Assembly: GCA_013239625.1 (NCBI GenBank)
Contig: MU054187.1
Location: 18,220,711 to 18,284,710 of the forward strand
Length of the DNA stretch: 64,000 nucleotides
Direction: 5' to 3'
DNA from: Lama guanicoe
Taxonomy: Eukaryota
Both the position numbers and the translations under genes were made by a program. Below, piece after piece: positions 1-12,870 of this stretch. Positions within the stretch are counted from its first letter, which is position 1. Every line of letters starts with the position of its first letter. The notes below the pieces were generated by a model. That model saw only the letters and a list, made by a program, of their open reading frames with translations. It did not search any database and was not told where the DNA came from.

Positions 1-484
1 TGCCATTCTCTCTAAACAACACAAATGTATCCATACTAAGTCATGAAAATGTGATTTTCTGACCTCTTTATAAACTCATTCAGTGGCATGAAACTCACAC
101 GCTCACAAAGAATAATAGTTGTAAAATGTGACTTTTGTAAGACACCTAAACTTTGGAAGGTTTGATTAGCACTTGTCATCTCTCCCACAGGTCAGTAAAA
201 GTGAGCGAAGGGTGAATTTTACCTTCTTAACCTTCCTACCTACTTACTGGCATGGCCATTTTCATAGCCTTCGCTTAAAACACCCTCATTGTCAAAGTCA
301 AAACTCTTTATGATGGCATGGCTCCACATGCTCTAGGAAATGTTTCCTATAAGTTGTCTAATTTTTAGACAAAATAGTGTTCAATTTCAAAATGTTCCAT
401 TAGAACCCTGGTTCTGTGAAAGACATTAGTATCTTCTACGAGTAAATCCATAATCACATGGTATCCCAGAAAGAATACAAGATT

Positions 485-660
485 TAGAGTCAAAAGAACT
501 CATCTTGGGTACTGTTTGCTGTATATCACCTGTGTGAAGTTAGACATTTAATTTCTCTAAATCTTAATTTCTTTCTTTGTAAAGTGATAACATTAATCAT
601 GCTGAGCTCCCAGAGTTTCCGGTTAGATTTTAAATAATAATGTGTGTAAAAACATTTTTA
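485..660 (+). mobile_element. MIR SINE fragment
   Basis: Degenerate MIR core: ...tgtgtgaagttagacatttaatttctctaaatcttaatttctttctttgtaaagtgataac... Confidence 0.6.
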
Positions 661-1079
661 GAATCAAAATCATAGACAATTATAAACGTTCAATATTTTG
701 AAGCTGAAAAGTATCACTTGTTTCTACTCTTTCTTCAATAACACTGGACAGTAATCTTGGATAACATAATAGTATCACGGGATTATAGAAATAAGGGTCA
801 CAACTCAATGATGAAGGAAGGTTGCACAGTTAACACAGCTCAAATAATAATAATTGCTGTCATTTATTGGGTGTCAATCAAATGCTGAGAAATCTACACT
901 ATATCATTGATCACCAACACTATGAAGTAGAGCTTAGGTCGGTTTTTGAGATATTAAAATCAGGTGTTGTGAGCATTTTGTTTTTATTCACCATCATGCC
1001 CTCGAGAGAACAACTCATCCCCATTTCATGACATCTTAATGAAGCTTTCTACCACTGCTTCTTGACTTCCTCTGGCCAT

Positions 1080-1385
1080 AGGAGCAAAATTATGCAAAAC
1101 TGGAACAATAAGTCATCTTTTTGTGGATTTCTACGAACTCTGGGAGGAAGGTCTCTTTGTGAATTACTAAGATGATTAGAGTCTGAAGCTTCCGGCGGTC
1201 ATCTTGCTTACTGCACACCACCAACCTCCTTGCAGAATAAAGTCAAGCAGAAACAAGCAGCACTGAACAGGGCAAAGCCCCATTAACATCGCTGGAGCCT
1301 GATCTAATCAAATCCAAGCTATTTTCTCAGATCCAAGTTATAAGAGCAATGAATTCCTTTTCGGTTAAGCTTATTTGAACTACTG
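1080..1385 (+). mobile_element. Ancient MaLR LTR fragment (MLT1J/K-like)
   Basis: ggcggtcatcttgc ... ggagcctgatc ... agttataagagcaatgaattccttttcggttaagcttatttga resembles the recalled MLT1 3' end. Confidence 0.5.
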
Positions 1386-1802
1386 TGAAAGGAAGGATGC
1401 AGAATTTCCTGTGACAGAGTAACAGAGTTACTCACGCCTGAAGTTCCGCACAACTGATGAAGCAGCCGCTGATCTCTGTCTAATCATTTACCGCTTGTGT
1501 GATGTTCTATCATTGTGACTTCATCTCTGAAATGACACCATGCAGCCAATTGCCAAAGTGAGTCAGTCTGCTGACAACGCTTGATACTAACAGCACTTAT
1601 ATCATTCAATTCTACTTTCCTTTGAGGTTGAAATGAAGGATCACTACGTCCCCAAGCAGTCTGGCAACTTTGGGGGAAAAAAAAAGGAATGTATGTGCAA
1701 TACAGGCTGAATAAAGAGCACACTGAACATCAGAATAAAACAGAGGCTATAATTACAAGAGGTTCAAACTGAATCCTGTGGGTGTGAGAATGCACTTGAG
1801 TT

Positions 1803-1941
1803 GCACTTACTTGTTTTCTGGTTTTGTTTGGGGGGATGTAGTTAGGCTTATTTACTTATTTTAATGGAAGAGCTGGGGATTGAACCCAGGACCTTATGCA
1901 TGCTAAGCACGCGCTCTACCACGGAGCTATACCCTCTCCCC
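1803..1941 (-). mobile_element. Camelid tRNA-derived SINE (Vic-1 type)
   Basis: Reverse strand reads gggagagggtatagctccgtggtagagcgcgtgcttagcatgcataaggtcctgggttcaatccccagc (Pol III A and B boxes) followed by an AT-rich tail; TSD tgcacttgagtt (1791-1802) / tgcatttgagtt (1942-1953). Confidence 0.9.
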
Positions 1942-2073
1942 TGCATTTGAGTTTAAGATTGTTGGTGCAGAGCTTTACAGTCAAGGATGTCTATTTTGAG
2001 CTGAAGCATTACAGTGTCATCTTACATGCAGTACTAGGCTCTGTGGCTTCAGAGAAAAGAAATGTGGTCATAG

Positions 2074-2425
2074 TCATTCATTTAATTCATACAATAAATG
2101 TTTATTGAGCACCTATTATTTGTTTGGCACTGTTCCAGGCAAATCTCAGGCTTCATGAAGCTTACATTCTGGTGGGGAAGTCAGAACATTAACAAGATAA
2201 AGGTGTAAACTATACAGTATGTTAGATGCTGATAGAGGCAAAGGAGAAAATGAAAGCAGAAGAGTTGGAGAAATCACTGGAATTTTAGAAACAATGACCA
2301 AGGAAGGCTTCACTTAGATTGGTGGCATTTAAACAAGATGTAGGTAAGGGAGTAAATTATGTGAATATTAGCAGGGGAAACACTTCAAGCAAAGGAACAG
2401 CAAGTGCAAATACTCAGAGGCAAGA
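2074..2425 (-). mobile_element. L2 LINE 3' fragment
   Basis: tcattcatttaattcat...tttattgagcacctattatttgtttggcactg...gaagcttacattctggtgggg is the typical L2 3' end in reverse. Confidence 0.75.
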
Positions 2426-3399
2426 AGACACCTTCAGGCAAGCTTGACAAAAATCTCACGACTAAAAATAAGTATATCCACAAAATAGCAAAGAACCTCA
2501 AGCAATTATACACTCACATGCACACACAATTTTATATGATATTTATTTAGGGAGGTTAACCAGTTTTAATGTCATCATGCGTACATGTACTCACACACAT
2601 ATATACTATGTGGAAATTGCAAAAATACATTTGGTTTTCACCCAGTAGACAAGACGACCTCTACACGTATCAAAGGGTAACATGCATGGGTAAAAGGAGG
2701 ACAAAGGGTGATAAGATGTGTGCTTCTGTCCTCATTATTATGACACTTTGCAATTCAAAACAGTATTCACGTCTTCTGAGGATTTGTAAGTCTTCATTCA
2801 AACCTTGTACAGACATTCTTGTGGGAATTCCGTTCGCACCCATAGGTCCTAGATGTACAGTGTAACAACAGTACAGAACACCACAATGGTGGATAATGTA
2901 TTTTTTTTAAAATCTTTAAATTACAGTTGAGCTAGCAGTTGAGAAAGCAATCAGGGTTTAGTTTGAGAAAGCAATTTTATGGGCGTAAACTAGCATTGGA
3001 AACAGCATGTGCCCTGGGGACACCGGAAAATTCTTGCTAGCCTAGAGCCTGAATTTTAACAGCAAGTTGAGGACAGCAGGTGAAGTAACAGCTTGGGGGC
3101 AGATGTGAGACCCCACGTAAAGTGAAGATTGCTGAAGGGTGACATTCAGTGAGGGAATCAGAAAGCCCCACCCTGCAGAGACTCATCTGTCTTGGTCTTG
3201 ATTGCATGAACCTAATGGCAAGAAAAAGAAAAATGATTCTGCTCTGATAATCTGTAAGTACAATACTATAATTACAATGTACGTGTGGCCCCAAAAAAAC
3301 TCCAGTCTAAAAATTGATCAGGAGTGATCCTAGATTCTTGTACTCTTTCAATGGAAGAAACAAGAAACTTCATCTCTCAAGGAAGAATTGCCTTTAATT

Positions 3400-4180
3400 A
3401 CAAATCTCAAAGGATTCCCACGTTATAAAGTTCAAAGCAATACATGCTCACAGTCTGAACTCAGCAAACACGCCAAAGGAACTTGCAAACAAGAGTCTGG
3501 AGGAATTGCAAACTGCATACTCAGACCTGGAAAAACTGTAGTTACTGGCCATATCAGATACAGACTCTAAATAAAGCATATTTGATATGTTGACAGAAAT
3601 AAAAGGGCAATTGGAAGTTTGATAAGGAATCAATTATTAAGTGATCAAGCAGTTTGAAAAAAGAACCACATAGAGCATTTAAAAATAAAAAAATACAATA
3701 ATTGAAATTAAAAGTCCAATGGATCCATTAAACAGCAGCTTAGAAGCCAAAGGTAGAATTTCTGAACTAGAAAATATTGCTGAAGGAATTTCTCAGAATA
3801 TAGTACAGAGACACAAAAAATATATATAAAATCTAATGGAAAGATTAAAGACAAGAGACAGAGAAGGCTGAGTTTATGTCTAACTAGATTTCAAGATGGA
3901 AGGGAGAAAAAGAATAGAGGAGAGGTCATAATATGAAAAGAAATCATAGCTGTGAATATTCCAGAAATGATCAAAGAAACCAATCATATGAATCTGGAAG
4001 ATGTAGGATTACAAACAGGATACAGAAAAAGTCTTCTACACCTAGACTTTTGTAGTACCAAACACCAAGGGCAAGGAAAGTATATTTAATGCAGTCACAG
4101 AGAAAAGAGAAATTTCCTACAAAGCACTGACAGCTGACTTCTCATCATCAAAAATGTGAGCCAGTGGACAATGGGTAGAA
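3400..4180 (+). mobile_element. Ancient L1M 5'/ORF1 remnant
   Basis: A-rich ORF1-like text (aattgaaattaaaagtccaatggatccattaaacagcagcttaga...gaatttctgaactagaaaat...aatattccagaaatgatcaaagaaaccaatc). Confidence 0.7.
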
Positions 4181-4187
4181 ACATAGT

Positions 4188-4488
4188 CCAAGTGCATCCG
4201 ATTATGTTTGCACTATGCTATTGTCTACTCAGTGTGGAATAGCTCCGTGTCTAAAAAACCAATGTACACACCTTAATTAAAAAATAATGCTGTTGCTGAA
4301 CTGTAATAATTCTACATAATAAAACTGAAAAAAATATAAATAAATAAAAATAAAGATAATAAAAGCAATTTAAAAAATGTTGAAAAAAATTGCACTGATA
4401 GACTTGCCTGACACAGGGTTGCCACAAATCTTCAATTTGTAAAAATTGTATTATCTGCAAAGTGCAATTAAATGAGGTATGCCGGTAT
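4188..4488 (-). mobile_element. Internally deleted Tigger1-type DNA transposon
   Basis: 4385-4487 matches the reverse complement of the Tigger1 5' end (...acagggttgccacaaatcttcaatttgtaaaaa...aaatgaggtatgcc); 4190-4295 matches its 3' subterminal region (ctaaaaaaccaatgtacacaccttaattaaaaa). Confidence 0.75.
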
Positions 4489-4539
4489 ATGTCTCTGAGA
4501 ACAATTTTGTCAGTTTTGTAAACCTCAGTATCCTTGCTG

Positions 4540-5690
4540 ATAATTGTTTGCACAATTTATCAAATTTTGACAGGGCTGGGTTAAAATCTGGTAGTGGACT
4601 TATTCCTTTCTCACTGTTCTGTAACTTTCTGCTTTATAGGGCTAAACGTTAATTTACAAACTTATATTCTTATATCTTCCCTGTGAATTGACAATCTTAA
4701 TCTTTTTTGGAAAAGCCCATTTTTATGGCACTATAGCTAAACCAATTTTATTTTCAATTTTTTTCTATCCCTCTCCTTTCAAATGTTCTATGTTCTTATG
4801 TTTTAGGCATGGGTCTTGTACTTGACATGTAACTGGATTGTGTTTAAAATTCTGACAATCTTTATATGTCAGAAAGAGAAAATTTAATCTATTTCATTTA
4901 ATGGAATTACTGACATATTTGGATTCATGTCAAAAATCGTATCTTGTACTTTGTGTCCCATATTTCCTATTTGTTTTAATTCCATTTCTTCCTTATTTTA
5001 AGCTGATGGAATTTCTTTGCTTCATTTCTCCATCCTGCCCACCTATGTACTTGTTTGAAATTATACATTCTTTCCTTATGTTTTAGTGACTTCCCTAGAA
5101 ATTGTAACATAGCTATTTCAATGACATGATTTAAGGTTAATTAACAACACTTGCTTTCTTCAGAACAATGTTGGACCCTCCGATCACTTTTACTCCATCA
5201 CCATCATTCCAACATATGTGTTGCTGTTATTCAGAATTTTAATTCTTTTTTAATTTTTTGATACTCCTTTCACTCTAACGGAAAAGTCCTTTTTTGTTCT
5301 GTGTTGGTATTTATTTGGATTTCTCTAACAAAGCAACATTGTCTTTGCTCACCATTCCTTTTTGCTTTTCAGAACTTTCTGGCATCATTTTTCTTCTTGA
5401 GGAATATTCTCTAGATTTGAAAATTGCTTTTCTAAAGGCCTATATATTTTGTACTTTTTTAGCTTTTGTTTTTCTAAATATGCCTTTATTTTACCTTTGT
5501 AATTGAAATGATTTTGTTTGTATAATTCTGGATGACAGTTCCTTGACTTCCTCTTTTCCTTGGACCACGTTTTCCTCATTGTCTACTGGCTCACGTTTCT
5601 GATGAGAAGTCAGCTATCAGTGCTTTGCAGGAAATTTCAATGTGTGTTGTATTAAATATACTTTCCTTGTCCTTGGTGTTTGGTACTATT
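4540..5690 (-). mobile_element. Ancient L1M fragments
   Basis: T-rich antisense L1 text, e.g. cattgtctactggctcacgtttctgatgagaagtcagctatcag. Confidence 0.65.
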
Positions 5691-5999
5691 TGCCCCCGTT
5701 TCCATCCAGCTTAGTGCATATGAACTAAACACTAAATGTGTGCTTTGTTATATACAGAACAGAGTAAATCAGAGAAGAAGGAGGAGGGTGGTGTCCTAGA
5801 CACACAGTGATCTGGTGAGGGGACTGTTATGGAAAATACCATTAGATACTTATCTGGTAGGATCAAGGTCTAGAAAGTTCCATTCTCTGTGGATAGGATC
5901 CCTGCCAACCCTACTTCTTTCCAGCCATTTGCGTCCCTTCCCCCCTCCCTGCCCTTGCTTGTCTGTGCCAGAAAACATGTTATAACAACAAACATGTAT

Positions 6000-6200
6000 T
6001 ATGCTCTATAGCATACAAAAGGCTCTCTCACATAACTTCATTCATCTTCAAACAACTCTGAGAGACAGGCAGGTCAATTCCCATTGTTATCCCCAATTTA
6101 CAGATGAGTGAAACTGAGGCTCTGCGAGGTTACGTAATTCACCCCAGGGCACACAGGCACTAGAAGGTAGCAGAACCAGGACTCACCTAATCCCAGTGTG
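6000..6200 (-). mobile_element. MIR SINE
   Basis: ccccaatttacagatgagtgaaactgaggctctgcgaggttacgtaattcaccccagggcacacag is the MIR core in reverse. Confidence 0.85.
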
Positions 6201-7508
6201 TCCATTATCTATGGTCTCGTTGTCCCTTTTCCACCATTTTGGCCTGCTCCAGGGTACAACAGGCGGCCCCCTATGGTGTAAGAGACCCTGAAAGCCCTTC
6301 TCCCACAATGCTTCTTCCCAGATCTTCTTCAGTTCCAGAATCCCCTGCCTTAGAAACATTACTCTAAGTTTAGGCAAAATCTCCAGGAGCCCCTTGGTAA
6401 AATGAGACCATACATTAACCCACTCATTCAACCTGAGCTCCCTTATCTGAGGCTTCTGTGGGATAGGACTACCACTTAGGAAATTTAAATAAAAGAACAG
6501 ACAATGTGACTAGTATGGAGTAAAGGCTCAATACACATTGGGTTTCTTTTTTTCTAGTTTAAAAAAAAATTTTCAGGAACTTTTTGACCCCATGATGTAA
6601 TTCTTTTGCTTTCTAAGTAAATAAATAGCCTAACCATGAATCATATAACTTCATGTAACTCCAGTGGTAAAGTATAATCTCAGAACATTTTTTGAAAATC
6701 TCAACAAATCTGAGTCTTTCTGAAAATAATGAGCCCCCAAAATCTGTATCCTAAAGGAAAACCATTCACTTACCTTAACTCTACTCTCAGTAGTAAAATA
6801 CTAAAAGTTATTTTCACTACAACTACTGAATTTATCAGGTCCCCTAGCTCTGTGGCATACAGGCATAAAGAATAAGACACCTCGGGACCATGTAAAAGCC
6901 TAGATTAATATTGAATGAACAGCAAAGGATAAACAGGACTTTCTTCTCTGCTCTCACTGAGGACAAATACAAACAGTAAGCAGAGAAGCGGGCATGAATC
7001 AAACCAACGAATGCATGCATTGGTTAGTGCAATATCAGGGCTTTCAAAATGTCGAAAGAAAAGTATACTTTAATAAGAATACATAAAAACTGTGCTGAAA
7101 AATTAATGTAGCACGCTGTGTGCAAATAAGCCCCTACGTGAACAGAAAGTTGAGATTAACTTCATGCATCAGTAAACTTCAGGTGACAAATCCCCCCTTT
7201 CGTGTGATTAGAGTCTTGTGGGGATTGTTGGTGTACAATGGGGGTCAAAACCTGTAACTCATACACCTTGGATATGCAGAGAAACTGTTCTGTTGTTGTT
7301 GTTTATAGTCTTCCTGCCAGCAGGAATTGAAAACCACTGATTTCCTGGTGAAACAAGACAGAAAAGCATCATGAACAGGGATTCTATAAACGGGAGGGAA
7401 AAAAAAAATAGGTCTAAAGCTAAAGTGGTGGTGGTGTTAAACTTAGGTTGATGTCACTTTTGAAGATTTCAATTATTTCAGTGAGTCCCAAGCAACCTCA
7501 GATTATAT

Positions 7509-7627
7509 ATTTTTGTTGTTTTTTGCGAGGCGAAAGGGGAGGTAATTAGGTTTACTTATTCAATTTTTTTAAAGGAAGGCCTCGTGCATGCTAAGCGTGC
7601 ACTCTACCACTGAGCTATGCCTTCGCC
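7509..7627 (-). mobile_element. Camelid Vic-1-type SINE with internal deletion
   Basis: ggggaggtaattaggtttacttatt...cctcgtgcatgctaagcgtgcactctaccactgagctatgcc; perfect 13-bp TSD cctcagattatat (7496-7508 / 7628-7640). Confidence 0.9.
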
Positions 7628-7789
7628 CCTCAGATTATATCTTTATTCATTCTTTCCTTCCTTTCTTTACCATTCTGCCAAGAATAATAACAGTAGATAG
7701 GATAGATGATTCAGTGCCTGTAAGAGGGATTGGCCGGTACAGGATGAAGTAGACGTGTCTCTGGAAACGGAAGTCAGGAGAAAGGAAAT

Positions 7790-8015
7790 ATACAGGCATT
7801 GATCATGTGCTAGGTACCAGCCACTGCAGTGAGCACTTTGTATCCTGTTAACTCATTAATTCTTCACTTCTATCCTAATAGGAAAGTATTCATATTCTCT
7901 TTCCACATGTAATGAAAACGAAACTGAGACCCAAAGAGATTACATATCCCAGATCACACAGCCAGTAATCGGTAGCTGGGATTTTAAATCCCAAAGCTTA
8001 TGGTCTTTCCACTAC
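7790..8015 (-). mobile_element. MIR SINE
   Basis: gaaactgagacccaaagagattac...agatcacacagccagtaatcggtagctgggattttaaatccca. Confidence 0.8.
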
Positions 8016-9363
8016 ATCACACTAACAAAATGTGCTTGGGGTGAGCAGGTAAAGACAAGTGACAAGTGATGCCTGAGACTGGAGCCAGGTGGCAAAAGTG
8101 AGTCCAGCAGGAAGCGATAAATCAAGCAGATGGGGGAAGGGGCTTGGGGACTGCATGAGAAGGCCTGGAGGTGTCTAAGATTCACAGCCAGCCTGTCTGT
8201 TTGAATAAGCCAGAAGCCCAGAAGCCAGAAGATATCAAACACAGAAGAGGACAGGAGCATTCTCATAAAAGCGCCTGAGACAAGATACTCCTAAACATTT
8301 GGGTACTGTTTATACAATCTTGTCTTTTATTCTTCCTTATTCTTTATTAGGGTTCTCCATCTCCTGAAGTGAGGGGAAGAGAGAACTTGGCTTTTCTCAT
8401 ATTATTCTTCATTCTTACGTCACCAACACTGTAACCCGGGAGCATGAGCAATCCAAGGTCAAGATGCATCAAGAACTATGACCTGAAATGAAAGGACTTG
8501 AGGGATTTTAGAAGGAAGTCCCCACTCGGTTTCTCGTTCTCAAATATTTCAGGATTCATTTTTCTGTGAACTCTATGAACTGCCTCACCATGCATGATCC
8601 AGAAGTCATCAGTATCAGCTGAACAAGAATAAAGAAAGAAAGAAGACAAAATGAGCCACACGAATGAGCCTGCCATCTTACAGACTGCAGCCTGCACTGT
8701 CAGACTTAGCCATTTTTAATCAGCTGGAGGCCCATTTTGCATTTGGACAAAAGCCATATTTTAGTAATTTTCTATGTGAAAGCACAAAAGAAAAAAGACT
8801 TGAAACTAAACAAGCCAAAGGATACACTATGTAAGATGCTCTCAAAGAATACAGTAATTACCACAAATGCGTCCTAGAATTATGTTCTCAGAAATAGATC
8901 TATTCAGAGAAGTCATTCATTCATACATGTGATTATGCATGGCAAGTAAATGAAGCAGGCATTAGCAAGGTTTGTCAATATGCAAATGTTGTTTCCACCG
9001 GTCCATTCTGGTAACACTTATCAAATGGAATTAGACATCTCCAAAGAAATAGACTCCTCTGATTTCCCTAACACATAGCAAACACTTCCATGTCCATACA
9101 AGGGAAATAGTCTCTTCATCTATTGTAATACATTGTGCCAATAATTAGACTCATCTTCTTTGGATTCTGTTTTTAAGGGTGAAATTTTTCATAGTGTTCT
9201 ATCTTATTATAATCCAATAAAATTCACTTAGAAGATCTGTATCACCAGTTAGAAATGGTTTGCTTGTCCAGAGTTAAAATTTGGTATATTCTAAGACGTA
9301 CCATGAACATGCTCCTTGTCCTTTTTAAGGCCACATTAACCCTTGAAATGAAGACATCTCGAG

Positions 9364-9365
<2 letters not shown>

Positions 9366-9404
<39 letters not shown>

Positions 9405-9410
9405 CGTGCA
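9366..9410. repeat. (GT)n microsatellite with (CGTG) tail
   Basis: About 17 perfect GT units followed by cgtgcgtgca. Confidence 0.95.
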
Positions 9411-9749
9411 CGGGCACAGATCCATACACACATCCCACCCACACATTTTTCTCTCTGAGGAAATCCGGAGCATCTTTTACTAGGTATCACTATAATTGAA
9501 CGGCATATGATTGAAATATAAGTATTTCAGTGAAATATTGTGTAAGTCCTCTTACAGACATCATTCTAAACTTCAGGATAAGGGCTGGCTTTTCACAAAT
9601 GGCTCTGTCAAAGCATGCATAACACGTGACCTCCTCCATAACTGAATGCTATTTACATCAGAATGAAAAGGTGCTGTGTAATGATCACAGTGCTTGAGGT
9701 GCAGGATTTTTGCACTACTGGCTAGAGAAAAATCTGTTTTTAGGTAAAT

Positions 9750-10030
9750 CACTTCCTGGTTTGTCCTACATTCGGTTAGTAGTCTCTCTTCAGGGGCGGG
9801 AGGAGCCAGGGAGCATTCGCTGTGCCCAAGCACATTCGGCACTTAGAGCAGGAGAAGAAGGAAGGCTGGGGCCCGGGTCTTGCCAACAGCCGCATCCCAG
9901 TCCCGCGGAGGAGCAGGGCCCGCGCTGTAACGCGCTCTCAGCATGAGACCCTCGCGCAGGGCCCGGAACAGGAGAACAGAATCTTTGTTTCAGACGCCCG
10001 TCTCCCAGATTTCCGAACTCAGAGCACCCT
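9750..10030. promoter_or_regulatory. Small CpG-rich patch, candidate promoter or enhancer
   Basis: About 17 CpGs in ~230 bp in an otherwise CpG-poor window; GC box GGGGCGGGA at 9793-9801; ETS-like ACTTCCTGG at 9751-9759. Confidence 0.45.
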
Positions 10031-10949
10031 GGGCCACATGAGAAGAAAGCTGATTTAAAAAAAAAAAAATCTGAAGAATCTTAAAGGAACAACTCCTTCA
10101 AGTTCACAGGGGGCCCCAGCACCTTCTAAGGGGAACCTAGTTTGCCCAGAATCTGGAATATTAGCCAAAGACAGAAACTGCAGCTTCTTAGTAGTCTTTA
10201 CGATGTCGTCGCAAATTGAAAAGTGCGTGTTTGCTTCAGAACCACATTGGAGCACCTTCCTTTGCATTATCTATTATGCCTGACTCTGCGTCTCAGTTTA
10301 ATTCGAACGGTATTTGTGGAACACCTACTATGCCCATGTCTCTGTGCCTGGCGTTATGAGAACATGCCAGATGAAAAAAAAAAATCCTAGCTTCTGGTTT
10401 CAAACAGTAGATTGCCTGATAAGAGAGACGGTACTATAAAGAACCTGTCTAGTAAAGGAGAGATTTTGTAACTACTTACAGTACAACAAGGAGCAGTGTG
10501 ATTGAAAGGCAGTGGACAATGGAAATAGACATCGGATCCTTGGCTCCATCATGGCCCAATCCCTGATGTATTATTCAGGGAAAATCACTAGTATCTCTGG
10601 ATTTTTTTTTTTTTCCTCTAAATGGGAATGATCACACCCACCTTCCCTTTCTCGGTGTTGCCTGTGGGAACAATGGACAGAGCCTTTAGAGACTGGATGG
10701 TGATTCGTAGGTCTAGTCGCTAATAAAAGCTAATATTAATTAAGTAGTCTTTGCCAAGCACTGTGTTAAGTCATTTAAATATTTTCCTTTTTAATCCTCA
10801 TAACAACCCTAGAAGGTTAGGGAAGATGCCTGAGATCAGAGGCTGACTCTTCACCACACTGTCATCCTGTTAATTCTCTGCCACTTACCAACTCAGTGAC
10901 TCTGGGTTCCTTTAATCCCTTTGATCCTCAATTTTTTCATCAGTGAATG

Positions 10950-11320
10950 GTTTTAACTGTGATAACATACAACACAAGATCTACTCTCTTGACAAATTTG
11001 TAGGTGCACCATATTGTTCATGAAAGACCCAGCATTGCACAGCAGATCTCCAGAACTTTTTCATCATGCTTAATTGAAACTTCCTGCTCATTGATTATCA
11101 ACTCCCCATTTCCCCCTCTCTGCAGCCCTTGGCCACCACCATTCTACTCTGATTCTATGAATTTGACTCTTTTAGAGACCTCATATAAGTGCAATCATGG
11201 AGTACTTGTCCTTCTGTGACTGGTTTATTTCACTTAATATAATGTCCTCCAGATCATTCTGTGTTTTGCATATATTTCATTTGTATAATATTCCATTGTA
11301 TGTATATAGCATATTTTCAA
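10950..11320 (-). mobile_element. L1 3' end (L1MA/L1MB class)
   Basis: cagatctccagaactttttcatc...gattctatgaatttgact...tccttctgtgactggtttatttcacttaatataatgtcctcc; same family as the 22.1-22.7 kb copy. Confidence 0.85.
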
Positions 11321-12486
11321 TAAAATTCCTTGGGCCAAACAATACTAAATGCTACAACAGAGGCATGAACTCTTTTGAGAGCACAGAGGAGAACTAATTA
11401 ATTCCCATTAGTCAGGAATTTATTGATGTGGCTAAACCCCAACTCATTGTCCAACTTTGGATGTACCTGCTTCATCAGATCATCTTTTTGTGTTTTTACT
11501 GAAACTCATAGTCCTACTGGTGAGTGAGGCGTATTCATTTTTATCACCTTCCTGAGACCCTTACAAATGTTTGTAAAAATGATTGGATGAATGAGTGGAT
11601 AGGTGGCTCTCATCTGATCTCCTGGGCCAATTTTGGTCTTCATTATCTTTCTTCTTCTTTCTTATCTTCCCAACCTTCTGAACCCAGTCAGCCTCCTTCC
11701 TCTGTATTCCCACAACTCCCTCTATATTATTGTGATTGCCCATGGACGTCTGCCTTTCCCACCAGATTTTAAGTTTACTGCATGAACACCATTTGTTTTG
11801 TTCACCAGTGTGGCTCCCATGCCTAGCTCATAGCAGGTGATCGTTAAATATTTAAAGAACTGTGAATGACTGAATGAATTTTCTAAAGCCTGTGTTGCTC
11901 AATGACCTAGTTTGGGGCAATCCAAAAATAAATTTTGTTCCTGAGAAACCTTACTGACCTAGTATTGCTGCTCTATTTAAGTTAAAACATGCAGTGTATT
12001 TGATCCAATATTTGTAAATATCAAAAGACTAGCCATGTATTATCCTTTGAATGTATATTCTTAAGATAATAGCCAGGCACGTGCATGCGCACACGCATAC
12101 AAACACACACATACACACACAGCCTAATAAGAGGATGATTTTTTAAGACTGCCTCAAAGTTATATCCTAAAGAGAAAACATATTCAGTTCACCCATCTAT
12201 AAATTTGATTTTACATCAAGATCCTAGATACCCTGAGAAATACTACAAGAATCTAAAGCATCAAAAAGAGTAAACAAACTTTAGTCTTACTAATGCACAA
12301 GAGAAAGGGACATTTCAGAAAGATTTTTAAGTAACTTAATGTTTTCTGGTTACCTCTGAGTTAAGCAGAATGAATCTGAATGTACTTCAGTATTTCCCAA
12401 GTTTTATATTTTTACTAGAGAAACCCAAATAGCATTAAACATTTGAATCATACAACCAATTTCCCTTTATCTCATTGCCTGCCTGC

Positions 12487-12870
12487 TATATCATTCAAAG
12501 TTCAACCAGGAAAACAGAAAACAGTCTACAAAGTGTTTAATGGAGAAAATTAGTTATACAGGTGTCAGGACCGCTAAAAAGTCAAGCAGGAGTTGGGGAG
12601 GCAAACACAGGGATTCACTGTACGAACAGCACTGGGCTAGAGGGACAGAGGGAACGGGGAGTGTTGCCGGAGCCTGTGGGACGCAGGCACTTGACGGAAA
12701 CAAGAACTAAGCAGGGGACTTAGCCATCACCGAAGAAGCCATCTAAGGCACAGATGGATGAGAAAACATACCCCACTTCTTTCTTCCCTTCTGGCCTCTA
12801 ATCTGAAGAGCACAGATTGCAGGAATCAGCTCCCTTGTGATACAGAAAAAAGGAAGGAAAGGCCAAAGAA
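12487..12870 (-). mobile_element. Ancient ERVL-type LTR fragment (LTR40/41-like)
   Basis: tatatcattcaaagttcaaccaggaaaacagaaaacagtcta resembles an old ERVL LTR terminus in reverse; subfamily uncertain. Confidence 0.4.
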
